Positions 49,665-60,454 of a DNA stretch of 64,000 nucleotides are shown in pieces. A program made the translations under genes and the position numbers. Position 1 is the first letter of the stretch. Each line of letters starts with the position of its first letter. The notes under the pieces were generated by a model. The model made no database searches and had not been told where the DNA came from. It saw only the letters and a program-made list of their open reading frames with translations. This stretch comes from an uncultured Acidobacteriota bacterium (lineage in GTDB: Bacteria > Acidobacteriota > Vicinamibacteria > Vicinamibacterales > 2-12-FULL-66-21): contig CAVVOD010000003.1 of the NCBI GenBank assembly GCA_963749835.1, positions 656,721 through 720,720 of the forward strand. Reading direction: 5' to 3'.

Positions 49665-50051
49665 ATGGATGCCACACCCGAGCCGGAAGTCGTGACCCTG
49701 CTCATCGTCGAAGAGACGGCGGCGATGTGTCGCCTCATTCGCGCGCTGATCGACGGCCTGCCGGTGTCCGTCACCGAGTGTCGTGATGGACGGGACACGA
49801 TGGCGCTCTGTCGGGCGCTTCGGCCCGACTGGGTGCTGCTCGACCTCGATCTGGCCGGGACCGAGGCGCTCGCCACGGCCCGGGAGATTCGGCTGGCGCA
49901 CCCGGGCATCCGGATCGTCGCCCTCGGTGAGGACAGTCCGAGATTGCAGGAGGCGTCGCGGCGAGCAGGCGTGAGCGCCTATCTCGCGAAAGAGCGGCTC
50001 GTCTCGCTGCCGGAGCTGTTGCGCGGCGACCCCGGCGTGACCGCTACATAG
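49665..50051 (+). CDS. single-domain response regulator (REC only)
   Basis: VTLLIVEETAAMCRLIRALI..., phospho-acceptor region DWVLLDLDLAGTEAL, and a conserved Lys in AYLAKE. There is no output domain. Start set to ATG 49665. Confidence 0.7.
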   Translation: MDATPEPEVVTLLIVEETAAMCRLIRALIDGLPVSVTECRDGRDTMALCRALRPDWVLLDLDLAGTEALATAREIRLAHPGIRIVALGEDSPRLQEASRRAGVSAYLAKERLVSLPELLRGDPGVTAT

Positions 50052-50265
50052 TTCTACCCACTGACGGGCGGCAACTACCCACATGAATTGGGCAGGGTCC
50101 GCCACGCGAAATACGCAGTCCCACCGAAGCGCACCACCGTGCCCGAGCCGCAGACTCTCGACATCGGACGCCACGACAGGCTCGCGGCGACCATGACCAG
50201 CGACGTAAACCAGAGATGTCGCGCTGACGAATGCGTCAGCGGCAATTCAGAGGAGAAAACGAAAA

Positions 50266-51718
50266 ATGCACACGCACATGCGCGCTCGAATGTTGTCCAT
50301 GTTCGCCGGGCTGCTGGTCGGAGCAGTCAGCCTCGGATTGGCTCCCGCCGCCTATGCGGCCGGCATTCCCGTCAACACACTCGCTGACAGATGGGTGGGC
50401 GGGCGCCTGTACGCTGCGCGACGCGATCGCCGCCGCCAACACCGACAGCGCCGTGAGTGGTTGCCCGGCCGGGTCGGGAGCCGACACGATCACGTTCAGC
50501 GTCAGCGGCACCATCGGCCTGGGCAACGTGCTGATCATTCCAGCGGGTTCCAGCGTTATCGTGGACGGCAGCGGGCAGACTATTGCGATCAGCGGCCAGC
50601 GTGCCATGCAGGTCCTGGACGTTCGCGGAACACTCGACCTTCGGCGCGTGACGATCGCCGACGGCTCGGCGAGCTTCGAGGGCGGCGGCATCGTCAATAG
50701 CGGGACCCTGACCGTCAAGGACTGTACCTTCTCGGGCAACCAGAGCATCGTAGTCGGTGGGGCGATCTCCAACTTGGGCGTTCTCACCGTCAGCAACACA
50801 ACGTTCAGGGGAAATATTGCAGCTTTTGGTGGCGCGATCCAAAACTTTTTCACCGCCACTGTCGGCAACAGCACCTTCTCCGGTAACACGGCCACAGCAA
50901 CTGGCAGCGGTGTCAACAATGACGGTACGATCACGGTTCTCGACAGCACTTTCTTCGGCAACTCCGGAGTCGGCCTGAGGAATGCCCCAAGCCCCGATCT
51001 AACCACCGTGTTGAATCTTGGGAACACCATTCTGGCGAATAACGTCGGAGGGGACTGCCGGAACGAGGGCGATACTCTCAACGTGACGGGGCCCAACCTG
51101 ATCGCAGACGACGACCACACCATCCGCTCGTGCTCCATTGCGGCCACGATGACCGGCGATCCGACTCTCGGCCCCCTGGCCGACAACGGCGGGCCGACCC
51201 TGACGCATGCCCTGCTGCCCGGCAGTCCGGCCATCGATGCGGCCAACGACACCCTGTGTGCGGCATCCCCGGTCAATAATCTCGATCAACGCGGTCAGCC
51301 CCGTCCCGCCGATGGGGATGGCGACGGCGCGGCGGCCTGCGACCTCGGCGCGTTCGAGCATTCCGTGGTGTTCTCGTTCACCGGCTTCTTCGCGCCGCTG
51401 GACAACCCGCCGGTGCTCAACGTAGCCAATGCCGGCCGGGCGATCCCGGTCAAGTTCAGTCTCGGCGGCTATCAAGGGATGAACATTCTGGCGGCCAACT
51501 CGCCAGGCTCGACCGCCACGGCCTGCGACGGCAGCGGCGGCGCCAGCGTGGTCGAGGAAACGGCCGCGGCTGGCGGCAGCAGCCTGACCTACGACGCAGC
51601 CACGGACCAATACACTTACGTGTGGAAGACGCAGAAGAGCTGGGCACGCACCTGCCGCCAGTTGATCCTCACGCTGACGGACGGAACCGTTCACACGGCG
51701 AACCTGCAGTTCAAGTGA
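50266..51718 (+). CDS. secreted right-handed beta-helix repeat protein with C-terminal PxKF-like domain; 5'-proximal frameshift
   Basis: ATG 50266 follows AGGAG and gives the signal peptide [42 protein letters not shown] 1-nt shift near 50389 joins it to [36 protein letters not shown], a choice-of-anchor-Q-like start. G/N/T-rich beta-helix repeats follow. The C-terminus contains [12 protein letters not shown]. Confidence 0.7.
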
Positions 51719-51889
51719 CCGCATGGCGGGGACGGTGTGAAGCCGTCGGCGGAGCGCCAACCTTCCGCCGCGGCCGAACACCGGAGCCCGCCGCACACGC
51801 GGTTCTCAATGGAAGTCGTTGGCGGAGACGGTGGGGTTCACACCCTCTCCGCCACGAACCGACGCGGGGCTGGGAGCCCCGCGATGTGT

Positions 51890-51982
51890 GCTCCCGGCTG
51901 AAGCCGGAAGCTACGAATGGGGCCGGACGACTACGACCGGGTAGGAATCCGGGGCCCGACTCCCGAGCCCCGAATCCCGATC
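51890..51982. repeat. hairpin + degenerate heptamer-array element (copy 1), abutting the nrdJ stop codon
   Basis: GCTCCCGGC-TGAA-GCCGGAAGC hairpin (51890-51911) followed by ...CCCGACTCCCGAGCCCCGAATCCCGATC. The reverse complement CGTAGCTTCCGGCTTCAGCCGGGAG matches CGTAGCTTCCGCCTTCAGGCGGAAG at 63370-63393. A separate 9-bp-stem hairpin lies at 51863-51883. Confidence 0.6.
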
Positions 51983-51984
51983 TG

Positions 51985-54775
51985 TTACGCGCAGCCGCTG
52001 GTCGTTCCGCAGTTCGCGCACTTGTAGCACGAACCCGAGCGCACCATGATCGACCCGCACGTCGAGCACGGCGGGGCATCTTCCTGGTTCTGAATCGCCG
52101 CGAACGACGAGGTCGCGCGCGACGTGATGGCGCCGGTAGCCGAGGCGCCTGCAGCAGCCGCGACGTCGAGCGGCAGCTGCTCCGGCGTGGTGAGGGTCTC
52201 CTCGCGGTTGTTGACCCCCGCGCGGAACTGCGCCTCCGGCGACAGGAACTTCGCCGCCATCCACCGGAAGATGTAGTCGACGATCGACTTCGCGAAGCGG
52301 ACGTCGGGGTTCTTCGTCATCCCCGACGGCTCGAAGCGCACGTGGCTGAACTTGTCGACCAGATCCTGCAGCGGCACGCCGTACTGGAGCGCGTAGCTGA
52401 TCGCCTGGGCGAAGGCATCGGCAAACCCCGAGATGGTCGACCCTTCCTTCGCCATGACGAGGAAGATTTCGCCGGGCGTCCCGTCCTCGAAGAGCCCGAC
52501 GGTGATGTAGCCCTCGTGGCCGGCGATGTCGAACTTGTGCGTGAAGGCATGCCGCTCGTCCGGCAGCTTCCGGCGGCGCGGGCCGGGATCGACGGTCACG
52601 GCGGCCGCCTTTTCCTTGTCGCGCGCCGTGTTCAGCGGCTGCGTGCGCTTGCTGCCGTCACGATAGATGGAGACGGCCTTCGCGCCGATCCGCCACGAGT
52701 CGATGTACGCCTGCTGGATCTCGTCAACGGTCGCTTCCTTCGGCACGTTGACGGTCTTCGAAATCGCGCCCGAGAGGAACGGCTGCACGGCCCCCATCAT
52801 CCGCACGTGGCCCATGTAGTGAATCGAGCGCACGCCGCGCGACGGCTTGAACGCGCAGTCGAACACCGCCAGGTGATGATCCTTGATGTGCGGCGCCCCT
52901 TCGATCGTCTCGTGCTCGTCGATGTACTCGATGATCTCCTTGATCTGCGTGGCGCCGTAGCCCAGCTTCGTCAGCGCCATCGGCACGGTCTGGTTGACGA
53001 TCTTCATCAACCCGCCGCCGACCAGCTTCTTGTACTTCACCAGCGCGATGTCCGGCTCGACACCCGTCGTGTCGCAGTCCATCATGAAGCCGATCGTCCC
53101 GGTCGGCGCCAGCACGGTCGCCTGCGCATTGCGGAACCCGTACTGCTCGCCGAGCTCGATGACCTCGTCCCACACCGCCTTCGCCGCCTGGAAGAGGTCC
53201 GACGGCAGGTGCGTGCGATCGATGTCCTTGAGCGCCGCGCGATGCTTCCGCATCACCCGGATGAAGGGCTCCTTGTTCTTCTCGTATCCGGCGAACGGAC
53301 CGCCGTGATCGCGCGCGATCTTCGCCGACTGCGCGAACGCCGCCCCGTGCATCAGCGCGGTGATCGCCGCCGCATAGTCGCGACCCGAGTCGCCGTCGTA
53401 GGGAGCCCGCGCGACATGAGCAGCGCGCCCAGGTTCGCGAAGCCGAGGCCGAGGGGACGGATACTCGTGGCTGTTCTTCGCAATCGCCGGCGTCGGATAG
53501 CTCGAGTTGTCGACCAGGATCTCCTGCGCCGTGATCATCGTCCGGCACGCGGCTTCGAACGACACCGAGTCGATCTCGCCGTCGTCCCTCAGAAACTTCA
53601 TCAGGTTGATCGACGACAGGTTGCACGCCGTGTCATCGAGGAACATGTACTCGGAGCACGGGTTGCTCGCGTTGATCCGCGCCGTGTTCGGGCACGTGTG
53701 CCAGTCGTTGACCGTCGTGTCGAACTGCATGCCCGGATCGCCGCAGATGTGCGTCGCTTCCGCGATCTGGTGCATCAGGTCGCGCGCCTTGTAGGTCTGC
53801 ATCGGTGCGCCGTCGCGCACCGCCTTCGTCGTCCACTCCCCGTCGTCCATCACCGCGCGCATGAACTCGTCGGTCACGCGCACGCTGTTGTTCGAGTTCT
53901 GGAAGAAGACGGATGAATACGCCGGACCGGTGAACGAGCCGTCGTACCCGGCGTCGATGAGCGCCCAGGCCTTCTTCTCTTCCTCGACCTTGCAGTTGAT
54001 GAACTCTTCGATGTCCGGATGATCCGAGTTGAGGATGACCATCTTCGCGGCGCGGCGCGTCTTGCCGCCCGACTTGATGACGCCGGCGAACGCGTCGAAA
54101 CCCTTCATGAACGAGACCGGTCCCGAGGCGGTGCCGCCCCCCGCCAGCAGCTCGTGAGACGAACGGATCGCCGACAGGTTCGAACCGGTGCCCGATCCGA
54201 ACTTGAAGAGCATCCCCTCGGTCTTCGCCAGGCCGAGAATCGACTCCATCGTGTCCTGCACGGAGTTGATGAAGCAGGCCGAGCACTGCGGCGCCTTCTC
54301 GAAGCCGACGTTGAACCAGACAGGACTGTTGAACGCCGCCTTCTGGTACACGAGCAGATGCTTGAGGTCGTCGCTGAACGCCTGCAGATCGTCCTCGCTC
54401 GCGAAGTACCTTCTGCTTCACCGCCCAGCCCGTAATCGTGTCGACCACGCGTCCGATGAGCTGCTTCACGCTCCGCTCACGCTCCGGTGTGCCGATGGTG
54501 CCGCGGAAGTACTTGGAGACGACGATGTTGGTGGCCTGCTGGGACCAGAAGCGGGGGATTTCGACGTCGCGCTGCTCGAAAACTACGTTCCCCTTCTCGT
54601 TGCCTATCACGGCCGAGCGGACGTCCCATTCGACCTCGTCGAATGGATCGAGCCCCTCACGTGTGAAGAACCGTTCGTATTCGAGTCCAGGCACGCTCGC
54701 CGGCCCGGATGCCGGTGTGCGGGCCAGAATCTCCGTGCTGGTGGATTCCACCTGCGGAGCTGCGCCTCTCTGCAT
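51985..54775 (-). CDS. nrdJ: class II (adenosylcobalamin-dependent) ribonucleotide reductase, one internal frameshift
   Basis: N-terminal ORF (from ATG 54775, RBS GGAGGGG) reads ...VVSKYFRGTIGTPERERSVKQLIGRVVDTITGWAVKQK. After a shift near 54408-54412 it continues YFASEDDLQAFSDDLKHLLVYQKAAFNSPVWFNVGF...SNPCSEYMFLDDTACNLSSINL.... The tail is Cys-rich (CSTCGSIMVRSGSCYKCANCG). Confidence 0.9.
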
Positions 54776-54975
54776 CTTCCCCTCCGAAACGCGAGTCCAG
54801 ACCAGACCCCTAGGTCAGGACCCCGAAACTACAAATATTGGATGGCGGCCATTAGACGTCGCAGGAGATCGGCGACGCAGGTAATGCCCTGCGCAATAAC
54901 ATGTTGTCGCTGATCCGCGCTGCCGGTCGCGAGGGCTGGGAAGTCCTCGTTCTGGTCTCAGGTCGCTGGCAGACG

Positions 54976-55004
54976 AATATGGACCCTGTTTACGTGGTTG
55001 TCAA
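54976..55004 (-). promoter_or_regulatory. candidate sigma70-type promoter for nrdJ
   Basis: On the minus strand: TTGACA (55004-54999), a 17-nt spacer, then CATATT (54981-54976). This implies a leader of about 195 nt before ATG 54775. Confidence 0.4.
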
Positions 55005-55012
55005 GCGTGGAT

Positions 55013-55060
55013 CTACCAGATATTGTGCCCTCAATTTAGGGCAGGCGCAAGATATTGACA
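55013..55060. promoter_or_regulatory. two tandem NrdR-box-like palindromes upstream of nrdJ
   Basis: On the minus strand, GCACAATATCTGGTAG (55028-55013) matches the published NrdR box consensus acaCwAtATaTwGtgt at 11/16. TGTCAATATCTTGCGC (55060-55045) matches at 10/16. Centres are 32 bp apart, the spacing reported for tandem NrdR boxes, just upstream of the -35. Confidence 0.45.
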
Positions 55061-55155
55061 AATTGCCCGGAATGGCGCCCGTTCTTCTGACTGACCTATT
55101 TTTTTTGCGTTCGCCGATTATCTCGCCTCGCGGTCAGCTCGTCAGCCGCTCCCGC

Positions 55156-55728
55156 TCAACGACTTTGAAGCTCTTTGGCCAGTCGGTCCGCCTTCTCCGC
55201 CAGATTCCTCGCAAATTCGAAATTGGCCGCCTTCAAGGCGTCCTCGGACTGCGTCACCATGAGCCTGGCCTGCTCGAACTGCTGCCGGCGCTCCGTCGAC
55301 AGGCGGTTGGGATCGATCGACCCGAGCCCTTTCTTTGCGCGCTCGATCACATCGTGGATCTGGCGGGTGGCTTCGGCGCCGTCCGCAGTCCCGGGGGTCC
55401 TGAGCTGGGGAACGGGCGGAGCCACGGGCGTGGACGCGGCGGGCTGCTCCGTCGCAAGGGCCGGCTCCGCAGGCTTGGGCTCCACCTTTGCCGTGTCACG
55501 TGGCGGCGGGGTCGCCCGCTTCAGCGGCGGCATCTGCGCGACGGGAGGAAGCTCCTCCACGGGCTGTTCCGGCGGCGGTGGCTCCACGACCCTCGCCTCG
55601 ATCACGCGCGGGGGCACTTGGGGGACCTCGAGGTTCGGACGATCCGCGGGCGACTTCGCCTGTGCAGATGCGCACGCGGCGCTGCCTGCCAGGCACCCGA
55701 TCGCGATCAGCAAGAGAAGCTTCCTCAT
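55156..55728 (-). CDS. lipoprotein, Pro-rich linker + helical C-terminal domain (hypothetical)
   Basis: MRKLLLLIAIGC lipobox, then a P/E/A-rich segment and a helical C-terminus (RQQFEQARLMVTQSEDALKAANFEFARNLAEKADRLAKEL). It is the last gene of the NtrC/NtrB-like operon. Confidence 0.65.
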   Translation of the reverse strand: MRKLLLLIAIGCLAGSAACASAQAKSPADRPNLEVPQVPPRVIEARVVEPPPPEQPVEELPPVAQMPPLKRATPPPRDTAKVEPKPAEPALATEQPAASTPVAPPVPQLRTPGTADGAEATRQIHDVIERAKKGLGSIDPNRLSTERRQQFEQARLMVTQSEDALKAANFEFARNLAEKADRLAKELQSR

Positions 55729-55829
55729 CTCAACCCCGCATCAACCTGCAAAACTTCCAAAATCATCGGCGGCCTGCCGAGCTGATCATCGCACCCGCGC
55801 AAGGCCATGTGCCGGTTGTCACAAACAAA

Positions 55830-57703
55830 TCACGCCTGTGGAAAAATCAACCTGAACCTGGTGCCGCGACCCGGGGTCGATTGCACCTCCACTTCTCCAC
55901 CGTGGAGCTGGACGATACGATAAACCATGGAGAGCCCGATGCCGCTCCCTTTCTCCTTCGTGGTGAAGTAGAGGTCGAAGATCCGGCCGAGATGCTCGGG
56001 AGGAATCCCCACGCCCGTGTCTTCGACGTTGATCTCCACCCGCCGCCGCGAGAGCGCGCGACAGCTGATCTTGAGCGTCCCGCCGTCCGGCATCGCCTGA
56101 CACGCGTTCAGCGCGAGATTCAGCAGCGCCTGTCCCATCATCCCCGGATCGGCATTGATGGCCGGCAGGTTCTCTGCGCAGTCCACGGTCATCGTGATCC
56201 GGTTCCGTTCCGCTTCGGCTGCTGCCGTCGTCGCCACATCGGAAACGAGCGCGGTAAGCCGGATCGGCTGCAACTTGAGCTCATCGGGCCTGGCGAACTT
56301 CAGAAATCCGTTGACCACTTCGTCCAGCCGCTTGATTTCCTTGCTGATGACATCCACGTGCTTGGCGACGTCGACGCCAGGGCCTGAGGGTTTAGACGTC
56401 TCAGGCAGCATCGGGACGTCCCCGGCGGCCACGAGCTGGCGCGAAAGCTTCTGCTTAAGCAGCTCGAGATGAATGGTCATCGCGTTCAGCGGGTTCTTGA
56501 CCTCGTGCGCAACACCCGCCATCAACCGGCCGAGAGCGGCGAGCTTACGCGAATAGTTGAGCGTCGAGTGCACCTGGCTCAAGTACGCGAGATTGCGGGC
56601 CACGAGCATCGCGCCGATAAACCGCCCGCTCGCGTCCGTGATCGCGTGGCTGATGACCAGCCGGTCCGCTCCTTCGAGCGCATCGGACTCCGTGATGCGG
56701 ACCGTGGCGTCTCTCGACGGCAACGCCATCGAGACGGGGCCCTGTGACTTGCGCCCGGCCAGCGTGCGTTCCACGATCTGACGCACGGGATGGCTGGCGG
56801 GCAGCCCCCCGATCGGGCCGGTGTGCAGCGCATTCATCGCGGCGTTACTGAAAATGACGTCTCCGCGGGGGAAAACAGCGCGACCGCGTCCTCGAGATTG
56901 TTCATCACGGACTCGAGATCCGTGGACGGCTGGCGCACGATGGCCGACCCGGGATCCGCACTGCGGCCCATGGCGGACAGTTGCTGGCTGACGGCGTCGA
57001 ACGAGCTCCCAAGATCGCGAAACTCCTGCTCCGGCAGGTCGAGGCGCACGTCGAGCTCACCGCGTCCGAGACGCACCAGCCCGCTCTGGATCACGTGAAT
57101 CGGCCGGAGCATCCACTGCGACAGCAGCATGGCGACGAGCGACGACACGGCGAGCGCACCCAGCACGGTGCCGGCCGCGCCCCAGAGGGCATGCCGCAGC
57201 TCGCTGCGCACGAGGAGCGTCGAGACGCCTATCCGGATGGACCCGAACTGGCGATCCCCCGCGAGGATCGGCTGCCGGATCTCGAAGGTGCGGTCGGAAT
57301 AGACCCCGCGCAGCTGCGCCATCGTCCCGGCCCTGACGAGCGGCGCCAGCTCCTCCTGTTCCGTCATGGGCTGTCCCTCGAGCGGCGTCAAGAGATGAGC
57401 GACGGCGATCCCGTCCTTGTCGACAATCGCCGCGTAGGTCAGGTTCTCCGAGTAGTTGACGCTCGACTCGAGGATCGATCGCAACACGCCGTCGGCCCGC
57501 AGCGCGCCGTAGGGATCCGCGCCCCCCTCGGCGACGACCTGCCTCGCGCGCTGGAAGATGGCCTGCGCGAGGATCTCGCAACGAGCGGCCGTCTCCTGCA
57601 GGCTCAATCGAGCGAGCGTCGCCAGGTGGTACGCGCTGAGGACCAGCACGACGACGACCACCAGCGTGGTGACCCCGGCGACCTGTTTGGTTTTGATGGA
57701 CAT
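55830..57703 (-). CDS. sensor histidine kinase (TM-HAMP-PAS-HisKA-HATPase, NtrB/AtoS-like), one frameshift in a homopolymer
   Basis: ORF 56834-57703 covers the TM helices and HAMP (LRPIHVIQSGLVRLGRGELDVRLD). ORF 55830-56837 covers PAS, the H-box GVAHEVKNPLNAM and the HATPase (GSGIGLSMVYRIVQLHGG). They join if the G5 run at 56867-56871 is G6, giving ...DAVALFSPRGDVIFSNAAMNALH. Confidence 0.88.
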
Positions 57704-57766
57704 CGAGTGTCAGCTACTGACGGCCATCCGAGCTTCTGACCACACGGGTCGCGAGACGACAGGACA

Positions 57767-59164
<1,398 letters not shown>

Positions 59165-59334
59165 CTATTCTCTATGTTCCCCGTTTGGTGTTTTTCGTGT
59201 GTTTCTTACACTTCAAGCCTAACACCCGGAGTAACCGTTACACACCCCTTACTTGGCCCCCGCAGGATTGTCGCTGGCAACCGCCAATTCCTATCACAAA
59301 CGCATCCACAGGTCATTCGCGGCTCGACGGTCCC

Positions 59335-59350
59335 GGGCACACCCATTGCA
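59335..59350 (+). promoter_or_regulatory. sigma54 (-24/-12) promoter
   Basis: GGGCACACCCATTGCA compared with consensus TGGCACG-N4-TTGCW. GG (59336-37) and GC (59348-49) are at exact consensus spacing. It lies in the divergent intergenic region next to the sigma54 activator gene. Palindromes GTAACCGTTAC (59231-41) and GTGT-N7-ACAC (59197-59211) upstream are possible activator sites. Confidence 0.7.
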
Positions 59351-59361
59351 GAGCTTTGGAC

Positions 59362-60303
59362 ATGAGAAATTTCCTGATGGTGGTGAGTCTGACCGCTGCA
59401 CTCGGCGCCTGCTCAAGCAAGAACACGCTCGACATCCCGACCGGTACCGAGGTGACGGTTGAAAAAACCGACGGCGTGACGGTAGCCGGGCGTCTGGTCG
59501 ACGTCCAGGCGGACAAGGTCATCGTCGAGAGCCGCGACGGCGTGAAGACGAGCGTCCCCCGCACCCTGATTGCCTCGATCCACCCGACGCCTGCCGCGAC
59601 TCCGGCGACGGCGGTGGACAAGAGCGCGAAGCCGTCACCGGCCGCTGCCGAGGCGCTGGCGCCGGCCTCGGCTCTCGTCCCAGACGACAAGCCGGCGACC
59701 CCTGGACCCGATGCGAAGCCAGCCACAGACGACCGGCCGACAGCGACGGCTGGCACGACGGACCGCAAGCCGGAGTACCGGGAAGTGACGCTGCCGGCTG
59801 GGACGACGCTGACCGTGGCGCTGAACTCGATCGTGGGATCCGACACGAGCCGCGTCGAGGATCCCGTGCACGGCACCCTTCGCCACGCCGTGCGCATCAA
59901 CGGCCTGCAGGCGCTGCCGATCGGAACGGCTGTGTCCGGACACGTGACCAGCGCGCAGCCGGCGGGCAAGGTGAAGGGGCGGGCATCGATCGGGTTCCGC
60001 TTCAACACCATCGAGCTTCCGGGCAAGTCTCGCGAGCCGATCAGTACGGCGACGTACTCGCGCACGTCCCGCGCGACGAAACAGAAGGACGCCACCAAGA
60101 TTGGCGTGGGCGCAGGGGCCGGGGCCGTCATCGGTGGGATCCTCGGCGGCGGCAGCGGCGCCGCCAAGGGTGCGGCCATCGGCGGCGGCGCGGGCACGGC
60201 TGTGGTGCTCTCCACCAAGGGGGATGAAGTGCGGATCCCGGCAGGTACGCCCGTCACCATCAAGTTGACCGCGCCGCTCACGGTTCAGGTGCCCCTGAAA
60301 TAG
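59362..60303 (+). CDS. lipoprotein with C-terminal glycine-zipper domain (hypothetical)
   Basis: The lipobox is MRNFLMVVSLTAALGAC. An A/P/T/K-rich linker follows. The C-terminus is GVGAGAGAVIGGILGGGSGAAKGAAIGGGAGTAVVL, a Gly-zipper. The track ORF starts upstream at 59185, but that stretch overlaps the promoter region. Confidence 0.7.
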   Translation: MRNFLMVVSLTAALGACSSKNTLDIPTGTEVTVEKTDGVTVAGRLVDVQADKVIVESRDGVKTSVPRTLIASIHPTPAATPATAVDKSAKPSPAAAEALAPASALVPDDKPATPGPDAKPATDDRPTATAGTTDRKPEYREVTLPAGTTLTVALNSIVGSDTSRVEDPVHGTLRHAVRINGLQALPIGTAVSGHVTSAQPAGKVKGRASIGFRFNTIELPGKSREPISTATYSRTSRATKQKDATKIGVGAGAGAVIGGILGGGSGAAKGAAIGGGAGTAVVLSTKGDEVRIPAGTPVTIKLTAPLTVQVPLK

Positions 60304-60304
60304 A

Positions 60305-60450
60305 TCGGGATTCGGGACTCGGGATTCGGGATTCGTTCTTCCGCCTGAAGGCGGAAGCCACGAGCCCGGATCCCCAATCGCGACTCTCCAGTCCAATCCC
60401 TGATCCCGAGTCCCGACGCGAGCCCCGAATCCCGAAGCCCGAATCCCGGG
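60305..60450. repeat. heptamer-array/hairpin element (copy 2, most regular)
   Basis: Left arm is 4 tandem GGGAYTC units (60307-60334). The central hairpin is CTTCCGCC-TGAA-GGCGGAAG (60338-60357). The right arm carries the complementary units (GATCCC, GAGTCCC, GAATCCC, GAAGCCC, GAATCCC; 60393-60447). It fills the gap between a stop codon (60301-03) and the next ORF (60455). Confidence 0.75.
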
Positions 60451-60454
60451 CCGT

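Noticed and set aside
54831-54842. Third NrdR-box-like sequence ACAAATATTGGA close to the nrdJ start.
   Set aside because: It is an odd-length palindrome that aligns poorly to the 16-bp consensus (half-sites match at 5/8 or fewer). It is mentioned only as a weak candidate.
55099-55106. T8 tract that could mark an intrinsic terminator.
   Set aside because: No convincing GC stem precedes it on the plus strand. It is on the wrong strand to terminate the minus-strand lipoprotein operon, and no plus-strand gene ends here.
54901-55785. 294-aa plus-strand ORF spanning the nrdJ upstream region and the lipoprotein gene.
   Set aside because: It overlaps the well-supported minus-strand lipoprotein (lipobox, sensible composition) and a regulatory AT-rich region. 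Its sequence is R/G/L-rich with no features.
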